NCBI GenBank assembly: GCA_002189035.1
Contig: NEEC01000014.1
Coordinates: forward strand, 2,418,001-2,482,000
DNA length: 64,000 bases
Direction of reading: 5' to 3'
DNA from: Utricularia gibba
Taxonomy: Eukaryota; Plantae; Magnoliophyta
In this document: positions 1 to 13,041 of the stretch, piece after piece
Layout of the letters: the number at the start of each line of letters is the position of its first letter
Numbering within the stretch: the first letter of the stretch is position 1
Made by a program: the position numbers and the translations under genes
Notes under the pieces: generated by a model
The model's database searches: none
Told to the model about the DNA's origin: nothing
What the model saw: the letters and a program-made list of their open reading frames with translations, nothing else

Positions 1-158
1 GGTGTGTATTATGTTCGTTGTTTGGAATTAAAATTGTTTGCATATTATTTTTCCAATATTTGTGTTTCTTGATTAACTTACGTGTCCAAAGAACTATCCT
101 ATCAAAGTAAGTCATTATTTTTTGGTTTTTAGTATTGGATCGCTGCATCAATAACAAG

Positions 159-3100
159 TGAAACGGTTGACAAGAAGGATACACTGATCGTTGGAAAACA
201 ACTCATGAATTATCAGTGCACTGAAGAAGAGGCAATCCTTGTTTACACAAAAATGCAATCTGTGAAGATGCAGTTTTTGCTCTGGTCTGAGAACCGTTCT
301 GATCCTGAAGAAAATTGTTTGTTGCCTCAGGATGTGAATATAAAATTTCCGGATATTAACAGTGTTGCGAATGTGGAAATTGAACTGGTGGGAGAATCTG
401 ATGCTGCAGAACAAATTGTTGGAGCAGAGGAACATGCGCTGGAAGATGAAGGTGACGACAACAAGACTAACTCAGGGACATTGAAAGAAAAGAAACAGCA
501 TGGTTGGCAGACGATGAAACTGGATGAGAAATACGAAATGCAGGAGTTCCTCATGATATGGGAGTGCAAAAGGTTAAAAATGGAAGCAGATTTCCAATTG
601 GAAGCTGCATGTATCCGGTTGATGCATGGAAAAGGAACCATAGGGATGTGCAAAATGAAGCAATTGGAGAACACATTCGCTGATAGAATGCGTGAACATC
701 ATTTTTTGAAGAATATGCAACTAAAAGAACTTGAGGCAAAGCAATTAGCTGATGTCAAAGAGGCGAGACAAAATGCATCTCAGTTGCTGAACAATGAAAA
801 ACTGCGAAATGCGGCACCAGGAGCTTCCAGTAGGTCTCCATCGCATTCTTCTCACTCGGAGAATGAAATTGGAAGACCTGAGCGAAGTACAAGTAATGGC
901 ATTCATGAGTTAGGGGGGTCTCATCCTTGACAATGATTCCTAATTGTCAACATTTTGTCACAAGTTTCTATACAGACAGAGACAGTGGAGTATCTTTGAA
1001 TGCAGCAACTGAAGAACTAGGTAATGAAACAGTTGCCGCATCAGTTGATTCAATTAGTCAATCAATGTCCATTGATATGCCCAACTTGGTACCTGTGAAT
1101 GACCATCATAATGAACCAGCTATTTCTATTGAGGATGGAATAGCAATTTCAGAAAATGTAGCTTTTCCAGTGCCGCAGAAAGTCAATAGTCTACTCACAG
1201 AGGCTTCCAGGTTTGTTTCTAGTGAGGGTATGGCCGAAGGATCAAATGCGTATTCCTGTAAAGAATGTACTAGTCCATTACCTAGAGACTTGGCATCCCA
1301 AAGTGACCAATCTGATGCACCAGTAGATGGGGCTTTGCCAACATCCATTTGGCATTCAGATCCAGTAGTTCCAACTCCAGATTTTTGTGAATCATTGTCC
1401 CATCAGGTAATGTGAATCTTTAAATTTTCTTATCTATCCAGATTACCAAATTCAACAGTGCACATTGAGTCATTCTTTAGCCTTTAATAGTCTGGTTTAC
1501 ATGCAACTAATAATGCGTAGCCTTGGCAGGTACGACAACGTACGCCTGGAGAGCCACAATCCCTGGATTTAGATGCTGCGGTAAATCTATCATCTCTACA
1601 GGCAGAGGGCTTGAGGTCAGGTTTGTCGGACGATGATCTTGGCAGATTATCCAATCTCGATGCACATCCAGCTTTTGATGTTGCTCGTACATCACGTGTT
1701 GGTGACATCCCAGTTATTGCAATTAATGTTGGTCGTGTTGAAAATCTATCGCCCAACGCTGTGCACCCTGACCAAAGAACAAATTCAGCTGAATTTGTGG
1801 GGCTTGTGAGAACAGCACTTCCACAAGAACCATCGACACAAGAAGTGATGGGCACAACTGAGCCACAAAATCAAGCAGCTCCGCCTGTGGGCATTGATGC
1901 AGGCCATGATTTTCTGCCTGGCCACAATCATAATGTTCAAGCCTCATCATGGAGTTGTACTGAACAAACCTCTGGTGACCCTCTTCAAGTTGAACTAGAA
2001 AGGATGCGCACAGAGGCTGCGATTTTGGAGGAGAACCACAAAAACATGGTAAGATTTAACGTTCGTTTTTTTTATGTTGATTTTTTTGTTTGTCTGGATT
2101 TTTATAGACATCTTTCTCTTTATGCAGCTAAGTAAAGTTAATTATGACTGTGAAAAGGAGATAGAAGAATTGACTACTCAAATTCACAACAAGTATGGAC
2201 TGAAAATTCAGGAAACCACAGCAGAATTCACATCAAAGTGGATTGAACTCAAGAAAATTCAGGACAGATTTCTCAGAAACCAAAGTTTGGCCGCTGATTT
2301 CATACGCAAGTGTCATGTCCAATCTATTCGCCAACCAGTATCAGGTGTGTGAAACATCTGATATCCATAAGATTAATTTTCCAAGAGTCATCTTTTTAAT
2401 GTCAGTAATTCCCGATCATTCTAGGAATGCTTGTTGGGAATATATGATTCTTAGTGGCGCATCCCAATCTATTCGTGTTCTCGTTGCTGCATGTTGTTTT
2501 TGTGGAACTTGTCTGTCCTAGTAACACTATTGAATTTCATTTCTGGATCTCCAATGCAGCTCCATCGAGTTCGGCCAGTCAACCCCATCAGGCTTCAGTT
2601 TCAGCATCCTTGATTCGACCTGGAGCCTCGGGAAGCCCAGTTGCTCTGGTGCATCAAATGCCTTATCCTTCATTACAAATGCGGCAACCACATGGAACCC
2701 CATCTGGAAGGTCCTCACTCTCTCGTCAAACTGCTGCAAGTCTGTCTGTGCCGCTTCAACGTGCCATAAGCTGCGCCTCTCCCAGAAATCTCCACTGTAA
2801 CAGTGGAGAAATTTATACTCAGGCACCACTTCTTCAGTCATTCAAACTATCCGAAACTGCTGCTGGAGCCCAACAACCCAGCACTAGTTTATCACTACCT
2901 CAACTTCAGCCGCCACTTCCTGTGCTTGGTAGTGGATCTGCCCCTCCAGAACATCACTCCCAAGTTCGTCTACAGCCCGAACCGACTGCAAGGCTGCCTC
3001 AAGAGCATTTTTAAGCACCTGGCCTTCTCCCTCTCGAGCTTCAGTATGGATTGCATCATTAGATCATCGGCCGTCATCTTTACCCACAAATTTCCGGTGT

Positions 3101-3200
3101 CACATTCCAAATGTGGCATCAAATTTTGAATTACCAAGTAACAGGCCAACTAGGTGGCCACCAGAGATCTGCTGCTGCTTGCTTATCTGATGAAGCGTAG
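159..3200 (+). CDS. MOM1: MOM1-like (Morpheus' molecule 1) silencing factor, 3' part; gene begins upstream of the window
   Basis: CMM2-like coiled coil DPLQVELERMRTEAAILEENHKNM|LSKVNYDCEKEIEEL...RNQSLAADFIRKC, spliced across a GT-AG intron (2049-2128). Upstream CMM1-like region ...FQLEAACIRLMHGK...MQLKELEAKQ. Terminal CLSDEA* at 3180-3200 resembles the MOM1 C-terminal motif. The frame-consistent intron 893-975 joins ORFs 205 and 927. The last ~190 nt are not continuous in one frame (see findings). Confidence 0.85.
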
Positions 3201-3649
3201 AATCTGCAAGTCTGTTAATAGTCAATCGTTACTGATATGTGAGTAATGTGACGAGGCACTTTTTGGTAGTAGTTGTGTGTATAACAGGGTTGAAGTAAAG
3301 TGAGCCTGCTCCATTCCAACTTGAAGTTGACACAAGTGTGGGTGCGGGGCAACTTTAAAAAAAAAAAAAAGAGTTTGCCAAAGCTTTTAAATACGGATCT
3401 CATCACACCAGCTTCAGCAATTTAATATACCGTTCCACCAAACATGGGATCTTGATTTTGAACCATGAAGAAACTCCGCCTTCAACATGTGTCCTTGGAG
3501 AACACATTGAAATCCATCTACTTTGCAAGATTCTCTTCGTTTTCGTCTGGGATCCAATGGTAGGATTGCAGTTTCAAACTTAACTCTACTGATCATTATT
3601 CTATTTATTAGGAATTACAAATGCAGTAAGTTCTCGATCACCTTATTTC

Positions 3650-6642
3650 TCAAGGAGTTGCAACATTCTCAACTGCAAGCGGAGCCACCTCCTCACCGTT
3701 GGCTCCGGCCTCGCTTACCCCTCCCTCGCTTCTGGTGACGCCTAAACTCAGTAGCAGAGTCTCCCATCTTTTGGCAGGCCCCTGAAATGGGTTCCAATGC
3801 ATCACATTCAATGAAAAGCATATTTTTAGTTCAAAAAACATAACAAAGAAACTGCCATCACCGGCACATCGGTAGGTGATGTGGCTCACCTTCCAGGATA
3901 AATCTTGAGACATGCAGTTCTTGATCATCTGCTTCAAGGTCGGGGTTCCGTAAAGCGCCACGGCCCTGCCCACAGTTTCGGCGACCTTTTCCACATCAGC
4001 TGGGTCGACTGCATCACACTGAACCAGAGGACATCAGTTGCAAAAGCATATCCAAGATTTGACGATGTAAGATAGCATCCAAACCTCTATGTTGAATGCT
4101 CCCATATGGAATCCGGTGTCTCCTTCTGTCACGGTGTCTACAAGGCCACCAGTTGAAGCACAGATAGGAATCTGATCCGACAACAATGTTCAAGCATGTA
4201 AATAAAGCTAAGAGAAAGTATTCGGTCTGCCTAAGTGGTAGTTGTCTCTAAGGGAATTGGTGTGTATAGTGTGTACGCTGTGCAAAACATAGGGGTGAGG
4301 TCTCTTGTATTAAAGCAGTTTTCTTACAGTTCCGTATCGCATGGCATGCAACTGAATCAGACCGCAAGGCTCAAATCTGCTCGGGATCAGCATGAAATCA
4401 GCACCAGCAGTAATCATGTGAGCCAAAGGAACATTGAATTTAGCCACTCCTTTAGCCTTCTCTGGATACAAAACTTCAAGCTGCTCAATCTGCTCTTCAA
4501 ACTTCTTCTTGCCAGTTCCCTGTACAAACATCCTGCAGTATGACTCTCGAGCTTATTCATCTATCCCAGAACAGTGACTCCGAATACTTACGAGAATAAT
4601 GACTTGCACTTTCATTTCAATGAACTTAGAAATGGCCGCAACTAGAATATCTGAGCCTTTCTGTTCTTCAAGCCTGCCAATAAACCCAATTACAGGAATG
4701 TCACTGTTCACTGGCAGACCAACAGCAGCTTGAAGAGCTTCTTTCAACAAAGGCTTAGCATCCATGACCTGAACATCGTTTCATTTGTAAGATGTATTAT
4801 CCGTATGCAGCCATTCACATGCAAAAATGGGATAAAAGCTTGTACTTTGGCATTGTACTCAAGTGCAGAGGAAAAATGCACTTACAGTGTTGATGTCATA
4901 ATGGTAAGAAATATATTTATCAGCAGCTGGATTCCACTCCTGAACATCCATGCCATTTGTGATGCCGGTTATGCCACACCTCCGGATGATATTATCCAGC
5001 TCCACACCTTTATCAGCCCCGGATGCTAGTTCCTGGGCGTAGTAAGGGCTAACAGTGACAACTTTATGGGACTCTATTATTCCAGCCTTCATCCAGTTAA
5101 TCTTCCTTCCTTTCACAGGCTTGTCATATCTATAAAGAAAAAAAAATGAGCACACAACCAAAAGGCAAAAAGCCAAGTTTCTTCATCCATGTTTATCATA
5201 CCCATCCATGAAATCAAAGGAGCTCTTGTATTCATCCGCCAAATTGAGTTGAGAGAAGTCTGAGAATGCGAATCTTCCCTGATATGCAATGTTGTGGATA
5301 CAGAAGGTAACCTGGAACATTTTAAGTAAAAGCTGAGGATGCTTCTTAGAAGTTGCAAGGATGTCCTCCATATCTTAAATGTCTTACCTTGGCATTCATG
5401 TAAATCCCTCTAGACTGATACATGGACTTCAAGTAGCAAGGAAGCAAAGCTGTATGCCAGTCATTTGCTATGAAGACAACATCCTCACCTATCAAAGTCA
5501 ATCAGGTTCAGGAAATGAACTCTTCATCAATCCTTGTGCAGAGCGTTTTGGTTAACGTTGCATCATACCGTATTTTCCACTAAAGTATTTGCTATTATCC
5601 AAATTCAGAACTCTCGGTGCCTCCAAAGCCGCCTGAAAAGAACAAAAGGTGTATATGAATACCTTGAAAAAGCATATGAAACACTCAGCAGAGATGTACT
5701 GACCTCGAAAGTTAAAGGTGCACTGGAAAACTCACCTGACACAATATGCTAAAGCGAAGTTGGTTATCCTCATAATCTGTTCCAGCTTTAGGGCCATAAA
5801 TCTTGGATGTAGTCTTGCCCCAGACCTTCCCAGAAAAGTCATTGGCATCAATTCAGTATCATCACCGACCAAAAACCATCAACAAATATCGGACGTATAG
5901 CAACCAAGTAAACCTCTTTTGACGAACCTTCTCCAAGAACACAGGGTGATCAACGAAAACACGATCAACCCCACGTTTATAACAGTGGAAAAATCTCACC
6001 ATCTCGATTCTACCTCCAACTCTTACCTACAGTGAGGAAGAGCCATGATTCAGTCAACTAACCATTTAAAGCGAAATGCAAATTATAAAAAATGGTAAAA
6101 GGAGTTAACCTCAGCAAGCACATCAGTATCCCAAACATCTTTATACTGATCATATCTAGGAGAAACTGTCATCACCCTATGGCCATTAGCCTAAGCCAGA
6201 AATTCATGAAAGAGTTAGCAAACATATCCATCCTTGTAAGTATTCGCAATAATAAAAAGAAAGAAAAAACCAGCCGGAACCTTTTTCACCAAAGAATAAC
6301 CAAAAGTAAGTAGAAACAATTAAATCTCACCGCCAAAGCTGGAGGCAAACCCCCCACTACATCACCCAGACCACCAGTTTTACTCCAAGGTCCACATTCA
6401 GCTGACACAAAAACCAAATTCATTCCCATCCCGCAAACAATCGTTCTTGGAGACACACATTTCGGTAATTCCTTAAGTGAGCTCGATGATTTCTTGGCAA
6501 TCAACTGCACCCTTCTCAACCCAATATGATTCTGTACAAGACGCTGATTCCTCAAACCAACCAGGGCCAAGTTGCTTTTGGCATCCCCCGATGCTTCCCT
6601 ACACACGTGAGACACGGAGCGGGAAGTCGCCAAAGATACCAT
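3650..6642 (-). CDS. GBSS1: Granule-bound starch synthase I (Waxy), plastid-targeted, 13 coding exons, intact
   Basis: [11 protein letters not shown]-glucose motif; [33 protein letters not shown] and [10 protein letters not shown] motifs; C-terminus ...ENVATP*. All exons joined in frame through GT-AG introns by hand. ATG at 6642 is followed by a transit-peptide-like sequence. Confidence 0.98.
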
Positions 6643-7090
6643 CGAGAACCTTACCCAGAAAAACAAACATGAATAGCAAGTGGTTAGCAAACAAAACCTC
6701 CCAGGTCACACTACACAAGAAACTAACTCATTTTCTAGCGACTAAGTTAAGGAAGTGCAGCGATGGAAGTAAGGAGAGCGTTACCAAATTTTAAAACGCG
6801 CTGCTTCGCAAACCGCAGCGAGCAGCGATGAGAGGGAAGCCTCCACTCCAAATTCTCGTGGTCATAAGCAGTGCAGAGGACTAGTGTACGGCCAGCAGAG
6901 AGCCGGGCTCCACCACGATGGGGACGCCGGAGATGGTGAATGAATCAATCATTGATGTGGCCAATGGAGCGCGCCAAAGAGTGAAGACGCAAACGTGCTA
7001 CGCCACAAGCAGGTGGTTGGTAGCAAAACGACGTCGGCGTGGGCCCAGATCTTTTAAAGGGCTCGAGCTTTTCGTGGCCCCACCGCATGT

Positions 7091-7195
7091 CACGTGACGG
7101 GATGTGGGGGTTAACCAACCACGTTTTGTTTTATCACAGTATTACTCCACTTGCAAGGAAAAAATCCAGTAACGTATCCGACGCCGCCACGTGGC
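7091..7195. promoter_or_regulatory. G-boxes in the shared GBSS/STR9 divergent promoter
   Basis: CACGTG at 7091-7096 and palindromic GCCACGTGGC at 7186-7195, between the head-to-head start codons of two plastid-protein genes. Confidence 0.55.
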
Positions 7196-7284
7196 AGAAC
7201 TTGCTGACGCGATATTATCCAGAAGAAAACCCAAATGAATGATGATGGGGATTCTGGATAGAGCGGGAGGAGACGAGACGAGAT

Positions 7285-8795
7285 ATGGCTGGGTTAGCTT
7301 GCCATTACGCTTCACCATTGTACTATAAATGGTATTTTGAGAATCAACTTTTGTTTTCACGTAGATCGACTTTTTTGCTTCCTGCTGTGATTTGTTTTGT
7401 GCTTCAATGCCCTTCAAATGCTTGCTGTTTGACGATGAATGCGTGCTTTAAGCTCTTCGTCATCATGGCTGCTGTTTGAATTGGGTGGGCTGCTGCCATT
7501 TTGATCTTGGTGTTTACAGTCTACAGACCAATGTTATGTCTAGTAAGAATAAGGACCTTCATGTCACATTTGAGCTTCTTTTTCTTCGTCTTCCACTGCA
7601 TTTTGCTGCACCCTTCCCCTCTAGATAAAAACTGTGTCTTGAGTTAAATTCTTTGTCGGCTATTGAATCCGTTTAAACAAAATTTTTCACCGGTCTTGAG
7701 TGTGGTGTTTCACATACAGCAATGTCCGGACGAGTGTTCGATCGAACCGCCGGTCATCAATCAAAGCGGAAGTGAACTTTGTGAACTCGGAAGAAGCAAA
7801 GAAGCTGATTGCAGTGGAGGGATACTCCATTTTAGATGTTCGTGACTCCTCCCAGTTCAGTAGAGCCCATATAAAGGACTGCTACCATGTACCTCTCTTC
7901 ATTGAAAACAAGGACAATGACTTGGGTATGCACGTAACCTGATATGACTGAAAGAGTTTGAATTGAGGTTTGTTTGCCAAGCAACGATCACCCTGTGACT
8001 GACTGACAGGGACAACAATAAAGAGGACATTGCACAATAATTTTGCTGGAGTCCTTTATGGATTGCCCTTCACCAAACTCAATGAAGATTTTGTTGGACA
8101 GTCCAGAGCCAGTTCCCACCTGACAAGAGTAAGTTGTTGGTCGTCTGCCAAGAGGGACTGAGGTACGCCTGTCCGAACATATCTTTTTTCCTCTTTCTGC
8201 GTGTGCACAGTAAGACAAGATAACTCAAAGTCACAACCTTAGAAACCAAGTATTTTGGCGTGAATATGTGTGAAGTTATGGTGTGAATCTGGCCTTGCTG
8301 GTTCTGATGTTCAGTTCCACTCTAGTTGTACATAAAAAAGTGAGACAATTTGCAATCACCGTAATTGAAGGTCCACAGCAGCTGCAAGGAGGCTGGAAGA
8401 AGCTGGTTACCGAGACATTGCTTGCATCACATCAGGGCTACAATCTGTTGCACCTGGTGAAAACGGGCTTTAGCCACCATGTCATCTTCACTATGCACTG
8501 GAATGCAACCATAAATTGCTTATTTGGAAACCTGGTTCCTTAATCTGTAGGCATATTTGATTCGGTTGGTTCGACAGAGCTGCAAAATGCCGGAAAAGCG
8601 GGTCTAGTCACAGTGCAAGGCAAAATCTCGGCGGTGCTAGGGACCGTTCTAGTCTGTATGTCTGACGAACCCATTTATTTACAACCGCAGAATTCATATG
8701 GGAACTAATTTTGATGTTTCCTAGGTGCATATTTGTTCATTACCTTCTTCCCTGATGAAGCAGAAAAGCTCTTCCAGATTGCTCCCGTGCGATAG
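7285..8795 (+). CDS. STR9: Rhodanese-like domain protein 9, chloroplastic; 6 exons, apparent 1-nt frameshift in exon 3
   Basis: AEVNFVNSEEAKKLIAVEGYSILDVRD...HVPLFIENKDNDLG|TTIKRTLHNNFAG..GLPFTK, then KLLVVCQEGLR|STAAARRLEEAGY, GSTELQNAGKAGLVTVQGKISAVLGTVLVC, AYLFITFFPDEAEKLFQIAPVR*. Exons 7285-7331, 7720-7925, 8010-8162, then three further short exons. Frame switch at ~8096-8098. Confidence 0.92.
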
Positions 8796-9179
8796 GAAGC
8801 CAATCCAAACTCAAAAGTCTGCAAGGTTTCTTATTCCCTTTTTGCCAGCCTTTCTTTGATTTTTTGAGATGCACTTCATGGATTGCTTCTGACTATTAAT
8901 TAAATGGCTGGACATAAACTCGGAACAATTGCACATGAAATGTGGTAATACGGAGCCCCAAATCTTTGTCCAGTACAAACTCCTCGCATCACATTCACAA
9001 CACCTTATGGGAAAACAGTATTACATGAAAAGATGTTTCAAGATGTAAACCTAACTCATGCAGCATCATGAAACAATAGCAAATCGACAAAATGGTCGAA
9101 CTCAATCAAAGTACTGAGGAAAAGGAGAAGCTAATTAGGTTCTTCCTCGTTGAGGTACTACACCATGGGCGTGTTTCCC

Positions 9180-12100
9180 TTATCCATTGTGTACACAATA
9201 GAGCTGCCGTATGTTTCCTGACGCTGCATCATAATACCAACATTCCACATTCAGTTTCACCAAAATTAGTGGCATCTCACCTACATCGGCTTAATCGTAT
9301 GCACAAAGGACAACATTTGAGATTTTCCACTTACATGGAAGCACTTAAAATGTGTGCACGAAGAAGACACCAGACCCGTGCCAATTTAATTCAAGGAAGG
9401 AAATTGTAGCGTAAAAGAAGCAGATCTAGAAGCATGAGTTTACCATAAAGCCAGTCCTTAAAGCATGCGTGAAGAGCACTAGAAAGTTCTCGTTTCCGGG
9501 ATTCATCAAGCTGAGTTTCTCTCAAACTTTTCTTGACTTCCACCATGTTTTTTAGCTAGAAAAACAGTAACGAGACATTAGCTTATTCGGGTAATCAAAT
9601 AATAACAATAATAATAAAATGAAACATGTCATGAACACTGAAGAAAAGAAGGAACCTATCCTTCTATATTTCGAGCAAAATATGACAACCTCATACACGA
9701 CACAATAGTTTCTGTGAACATACATTTTTCTGCTGGGAAGCAAGATAAGAATCAGGTAAAGCGAACGGATTATCCTTTGTAGAACCAGCTTCTTCAGTTT
9801 CCATCCAGTTTGGGATCTGCAAATAAACTACATTTCAGCAGATAAACTTGTAGATACTAGCCATAGGAAAGAAACACACCACAACATAACCCATGAGAAA
9901 TTCCAGATATTGGTGAATAATGGTTCAGACATATCCTTGCGTATGAATTTCCAATATTGGATAAGTGAAATGTTCAATCCATAAATAATCCAACTACTTG
10001 CCATAAAACTGTTGTAATGATCTGGATCTAGGCATGTGGCTGATTCGGTTAGGACATCAGAAACACCAGCCGGGTGAGACAGTGAGTCATGTGGATCAAT
10101 AACCCCAAGTGCTAAAGGCTCATCCCAACGGTTGATATTAGCATCAACACCAGCTTGAGTCATGTGCTCTTCCAGTTGCGGGTAGAAAGTGTTAAAAGGA
10201 GCAACCTATTCATGAACCACATTCAAGACAGCAAGATGTATGCTAGCTGAGGCATGATGCACCTCAAGCGACGAGACAATCAAAGCAAATGAAGCAAAGA
10301 GGTTCAAAGGCTTAAACTATTACTAAAACTAGGCAATTAAACTGACCTGCAACTTATGATTATCACCAAGCGTCAATGGCTGCTGGTTTACTCCCAAGAA
10401 GAACACACATTCACGGCAGTTTGCAATGCAGACACGTCTAGCAGCAGCAATAACATGAACCCGCTCACAATGTTCAACTCTTATAGCCTAAATAATACAA
10501 TTGAATACATGATTCCCGAGAAGCATAAAGCAGTAAATAAATCTCACAAACTGAAAAAGGTCAGAAGGTGAGTGATAGCAACGGTATTTTAGCTGAATAC
10601 AATCAGGAGTAGTAGTTATAATAGTCTAGAATATCAAAAAGAACGAGATAATACTAAGTTTTGCCACACTATTACCTTACCAACAGCCCCCAGCACAATA
10701 GTTGCGTCAGAGCATCCATAGACAGTTGCATATTTGAGAGGTGCCAAAATATATATTACTGACTCATGGCAATTTACAACCTGTTAAATAAACAAATGAG
10801 TGTGTTGCAACGAGGTAGGGGAGGTTGGGGTGCTTTCAGAATGAAGTATTTCTAACGCCAACTAGAAAAGAATGGAGACTGAACTGGATTAACGTTGAAA
10901 TTCTAACAAATGTTTCAAAGAAAGAAAAATGATGGACACAAATTTTTCACCTTAACTGATGAGCCCTTAAGATCATGTGCCTTTAATCCATATGATGATT
11001 TAGATATACCCTCAATGAAACTGGTGCCTCGAGAACTGCTTGAGGACTTCAGGGAACTTGCACTAACATCAGTCATAGCAACATCTTGATCAGATGAGGT
11101 ACTTGGACCATTTTCCTTCAAAGATACTCGATCCGAAATGTGATCCAGAGAAGAAGATATACTTTGCAGAAGCCAATCAAGAACTTGTGAAGCAGCGACA
11201 GGAACAGCAGGCATATCAGGATCCGAATTAGCAAAAAAAGGTGTATTTTGGCTCAATGGAGTTTTTGGCGAACCCCTTTCCCCAAAATACAACAGCAAGC
11301 CAAGATGCTCAAACTTATCCATGGACAAAACCTGGTAAAATGGAGAGGCTAACACTTCAATCCATATTGCAATAAGAACATCACACGTTAAATGGCTGCT
11401 CTCCACCTCCATTGATGCACTACCATCCCGTTAAAAAAAGGAAAACAGAAAATAACGACTTGCCAGAGAATCATCATTGTCCACGTCTTTAGAGTCTGCC
11501 AAGAGTGCAAGGATATTCCCCATATGTTTCTGCAAATAGGATAACTGATGGGCTTCTTCATCTGCCTGAGATGGCATAAACTTTCGACTGTTGCTTCTCA
11601 CCAACTGCACGCAATTAGGTAGTGGATTAAACAAGAACTGGGAACTCAAAACAATTATCAATTTACTTTGGTGAAACAGAAAATTTCCATTAAATCCAAC
11701 TTTAAAAGGTTCTAAGTAAATATATCAAGGATTCTGTGATGCTATGCATCAACTGCGAAAAGAAGTCCCAACTTAGATAATGTTTCCTTTTGGGCAACAA
11801 CCACATGTCTGTCATCAACATATTAGGCAGCGTGGCTCAGCCGTACTACAGGGCAGCAACTAATAACAAATAATCCATAGAAAAATGAGAAGTAACTAAT
11901 ATAAAACAAAAATGAGTAAATATGGCAACAAGAAAACAAATTCAATCAACCACGACGACGAAGAACCAAAAAAAAAAAGGAAAACAAATTCAAACCCAAT
12001 CTGAACAACCTGTAACGGAGAGAGTGCAGACAAAAAACCATCAAAAGCTGATGTAGACGGCCAAACATCAGCAACAGCAGCCGAATCCTTATGGCCCTTT

Positions 12101-12498
12101 GGCAGCAACCTCTTATAATTCTGTATGTACAAAAGAACAAGCAGATCAAACACATTTGCCCCAATTGCATCGATTTCCTCAGAAGTCTTCGCCTTAACCA
12201 AAGAATCCGAATCATCATGCAAAACTGCCGATAGGGTTTGCATCAGAAGTCGAGAATGCTCGATTGGAATCTGAAGAGCTTGGGAGACAATTTCGGGGCC
12301 GACTCTGTCATTAGAACTCGAAGACAAGAGATTTGATTTTACGTGTGAAAGAGTTTGAACGCCGTCGGTGAAGATAAGTTTGGGAATGGGTAGAAGGCCG
12401 TGCTCGAAGGACTCCCGGCGAGGATGGAGATGGCACGGAAAAGTGGGAGTGGTCGGAAGCGGTGCCTCCGTTAGCTGGTCCGCTGGCGAATCGGCCAT
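9180..12498 (-). CDS. TBCCD1: TBCC domain-containing protein 1 (tubulin-binding cofactor C domain family)
   Basis: HPRRESFEHGLLPIPKLIF N-terminus; TBCC beta-helix exons (VVNCHESVIYILAPLKYATVYGCSDATIVLGAVGK, AIRVEHCERVHVI); C-terminus FKDWLY|ASGNIRQLYCVHNG*. Needs two GC-AG introns. Confidence 0.92.
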
Positions 12499-13041
12499 TA
12501 CAGCGGCTGCTCTAGGATCTCCAAAGGCAGTATCTATCGGCCGTGGTGCCTCCGCAGAATAGATTTGGGAATTCAAGCCACCACGTGTTTGGCAATGTGG
12601 GAAGAAGGTACACCCAGGACGGGGAGCCGGATCTACTCCAACCCGGGTTCACCACACCGGTTTATAAACCAGCCAATCAAGCCCCCCACGTGCGCCATAC
12701 CCGGGATTAATATGCCCTGTTTTCAGTTTCGCATCCCATATTTAAAATGTGCCCATTTGCGTTGCATGGGTTTCATGTTGTTTTATCCCTTCCCTTACAT
12801 AGTTCTTGTTCCTGATTTTGCATTGGAATCAAAAGGGTAAAAAGTACATGACCTCATTTTATATTTAGAAAGTTGGAAGCTAAGATTCTTGCTGCTGCTG
12901 GTGTGATTTAGAGTCCCTTATATTCAACTTTTCCGAGCCTGTGTTCCATCTCTTCTGCTTTAAAAACTGGCTATAAGAACTGAACAACGATATGTATCTC
13001 TTATTCTTCAAACCGGTTCAACAAATGGCTGTAAAAACTGC

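Noticed and set aside
893-975. Apparent frameshift between MOM1 ORFs 205-930 and 927-1415
   Set aside because: An 83-nt GT-AG intron (A|GTAATG...ATACAG|AC) joins the two frames in phase.
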